This document shows positions 35,459 to 37,190 of a stretch of 37,190 nt of DNA, one piece after another. Within the stretch, counting starts at the first letter, position 1. Each line of letters opens with the position of its first letter. The notes beneath the pieces were generated by a model, which did no database searches, had not been told where the DNA came from, and worked only from the letters and a program-made list of their open reading frames with translations. The position numbers were made by a program, and so were the translations under genes. This stretch comes from a virus (Duplodnaviria > Caudoviricetes). Location: positions 1-37,190 of IMG/VR virus record IMGVR_UViG_3300048576_000280, one strand, 5' to 3'.

Positions 35459-36030
35459 CCACAACCAGGCAGGATGATCGGAAGAAAGCGGCGCTCGCCC
35501 GCAGACGGGAGGCCGAAGCCTGGACGCTCAGCGTTGGCCTGCCGTTGGATGCGCCGTTGGCCAGCGTCGGCGTGGTGATCGAGCACCCCGGCCTTAGCCA
35601 GTGCAATTTCTTTCTGTTCCGGAGCATGAACGCGTTCTCGTTGGAGTCGCTCGGCGTCGATGTCACCTTGTTCGTCTTGCAGCAGACGCATCCCATCGGG
35701 CTGCTGACATTTCCCATGATGGACAGCCATGCTCTCGCGTCGTGGGGACATCCTTTGATCGCCGTGGGTACGACGGCGTGCATTGAGGCGCTGCGGAGCC
35801 GCGCGAGTCGCATCGTCCACTATGTTTTCGAGGCCGACTTCCTGGACCGTCGCGACCTGGCCACGGCCGAGGTACAGCGGACCTTCCGCGATCCTCGGGT
35901 GACGGTGATGACCAGGAACGAGGACTACCGCCGCTTGATCGAGACGGAGTTCGGACGGCCGGTGCGGCTACCTTTCGTTCACGATTGCGAGTTTGACCAG
36001 ATGGTTCGTGTGCTACTGGGGGGAGAGTGA
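35455..36030 (+). CDS. hypothetical protein
   Basis: GTGA coupling at both ends, GC3 bias. Confidence 0.65.
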   Translation: MTTTRQDDRKKAALARRREAEAWTLSVGLPLDAPLASVGVVIEHPGLSQCNFFLFRSMNAFSLESLGVDVTLFVLQQTHPIGLLTFPMMDSHALASWGHPLIAVGTTACIEALRSRASRIVHYVFEADFLDRRDLATAEVQRTFRDPRVTVMTRNEDYRRLIETEFGRPVRLPFVHDCEFDQMVRVLLGGE

Positions 36031-36893
36031 TGGCTAGCAAAACGGCACCGACAAGGATGAGCCGCGAGGCTTTGAAACTGGAACTGATGCACAACGGGTT
36101 CACACCCGACCAGCTGGAGAGCATGGCTCGCGAGGACATGATCGAGCGGGTCAAAGAGATCCGGGGAGGTCGGCCCAAGGACAAGCCCGAACCGGCAGCG
36201 ACAACACCGCCACCGACCGAGCCCAAGAGCGAGCCCGAACCGCCACCGCCGCCAACCGAGCCGCCAACGGTCACTGACCCGGCGTGGTCCCCGTATGTCA
36301 TGGGCCTGTTCGCCGAGGATGAGTTGGAGGGTCAGAATCCCAAGGCAGACGGTCTGCGGCGGGTGGCCGAACTGTTGATCGGCCGCATCATCGAGGAAGG
36401 CTGCAGCCTGGTCTCACCGCCCACGATGGAGAACGGACACCGGGCCTGCGTCAAGGCGTGGATCGTGTTCCGCGGGCAGGACGGACAAACACTGCGGTTC
36501 GAGGGCCTGGCTGACGTCTCAGATGACAACTGCGAGCCCCAGTACGCCCGGTTCGCCACGAGCACGGCCGAGACACGAGCCAAGGGCCGATGTTTTCGCG
36601 CCGCCCTCAAGCTCCGCAAGGTGATCGCCGCGGAAGAGGCCCCGACGGAGATTCCGCTAGCCGGCGAGACGCAAAATGAAGTAGCCATCCAGAACGGCCA
36701 GATCTCGGTCATCATGCTCATGGCCGACCGTCTGGGCGTGAACGTCGAGAAGCTGCTGGCCCATCTGGAGATCGGTAAGCAGCACGTCAACCAACTCACG
36801 CGGGTCGAGGGGATGATCGTCACCAAGCATCTGAACACGTTGCAGCAGGCCGGGATGATCCCGCCATCGCTGCTGCGCACGGGGGGCAATTAG
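36030..36893 (+). CDS. hypothetical protein, possibly a single-strand-annealing (Rad52/Sak-like) protein
   Basis: Pro-rich linker; AETRAKGRCFRAAL...AAEE resembles the helix motif of phage annealing proteins; function uncertain. Confidence 0.6.
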   Translation: MASKTAPTRMSREALKLELMHNGFTPDQLESMAREDMIERVKEIRGGRPKDKPEPAATTPPPTEPKSEPEPPPPPTEPPTVTDPAWSPYVMGLFAEDELEGQNPKADGLRRVAELLIGRIIEEGCSLVSPPTMENGHRACVKAWIVFRGQDGQTLRFEGLADVSDDNCEPQYARFATSTAETRAKGRCFRAALKLRKVIAAEEAPTEIPLAGETQNEVAIQNGQISVIMLMADRLGVNVEKLLAHLEIGKQHVNQLTRVEGMIVTKHLNTLQQAGMIPPSLLRTGGN

Positions 36894-37190
36894 TGGAAGA
36901 GCAATTTCCCAAGCGGTATCGGATCTACAAGGCCAAGAAGGCGGGCGGCGGCTGCGCATCCTGCTGGAGTCTCGCTCTGGACAAGGAATCCGTGTTTTTG
37001 GAGATGGCGCCCCAGACCGGGCCGCTGCGGAACGGCGAGCATCCGACGTTCGCCTGGAAGGAAGAGAAGCTGAGCGTCAAGCTGGGACTGGCCGACATCG
37101 GCGAACTGATCGCGGTCCTGGAGCGCCGTCAGAAGGGTATCGGCATACTCCAGCAGGACGGCCTGCACAAGGGCCTGTTCCACCAGAATC
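36893..37190 (+). CDS. partial gene (runs off the window), Whirly/PC4-like ssDNA-binding protein candidate
   Basis: GTG36893 after GGGGG RBS; hand translation MEEQFPKRYRIYKAKKAGGGCASCWSLALDKESVFLEMAPQTG...FAWKEEKLSVKLGLADIGELIAVL...GLFHQN; absent from the ORF track because there is no stop in the window. Confidence 0.65.
   Translation, partial: MEEQFPKRYRIYKAKKAGGGCASCWSLALDKESVFLEMAPQTGPLRNGEHPTFAWKEEKLSVKLGLADIGELIAVLERRQKGIGILQQDGLHKGLFHQN

Noticed and set aside
2944-35464. Long antisense ORFs (e.g. 2944-3993, 3683-5164, 6114-7193, 11179-12492, 17058-18260, 20803-22203, 24453-25658)
   Set aside because: They mirror well-supported genes on the opposite strand, a typical high-GC3 artefact, and carry no motifs

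Overview
GC-rich, densely packed, almost entirely plus-strand segment that reads as the replication and nucleotide-metabolism region of a large dsDNA phage or phage-like element. Many genes are translationally coupled by ATGA/TAATG-type overlaps. There are no structural genes, rRNA, tRNA or CRISPR arrays. Contents in order: a BrxL-like AAA+ ATPase without its Lon domain, ThyX, a Xer-like tyrosine recombinase, a sigma-70-like factor, lipoproteins, a minus-strand GT-B glycosyltransferase, Hsp20, an HD-domain/dCMP-deaminase fusion, a class II RNR, a metallophosphoesterase, two RecB/Cas4-like nucleases, DUF488, RNase HI, RecA, DnaB, DnaG, a dATP/dGTP diphosphohydrolase, a DnaE split into two genes around a DarG-like macrodomain and a family-4 UDG, SSB, a second short sigma factor, a glycosyltransferase/methyltransferase cluster and a partial Whirly-like gene. 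Non-coding signals read directly from the DNA: (i) a five-copy bipartite promoter-like motif, (C/A)CARRR-N13-GGTAYTT, with invariant spacing; (ii) a perfect 17-bp inverted repeat (7383-7399 / 7499-7515) enclosing one copy of that motif between divergent genes, which is a candidate invertible promoter. All protein calls come from motif recognition by eye; no database searches were run.
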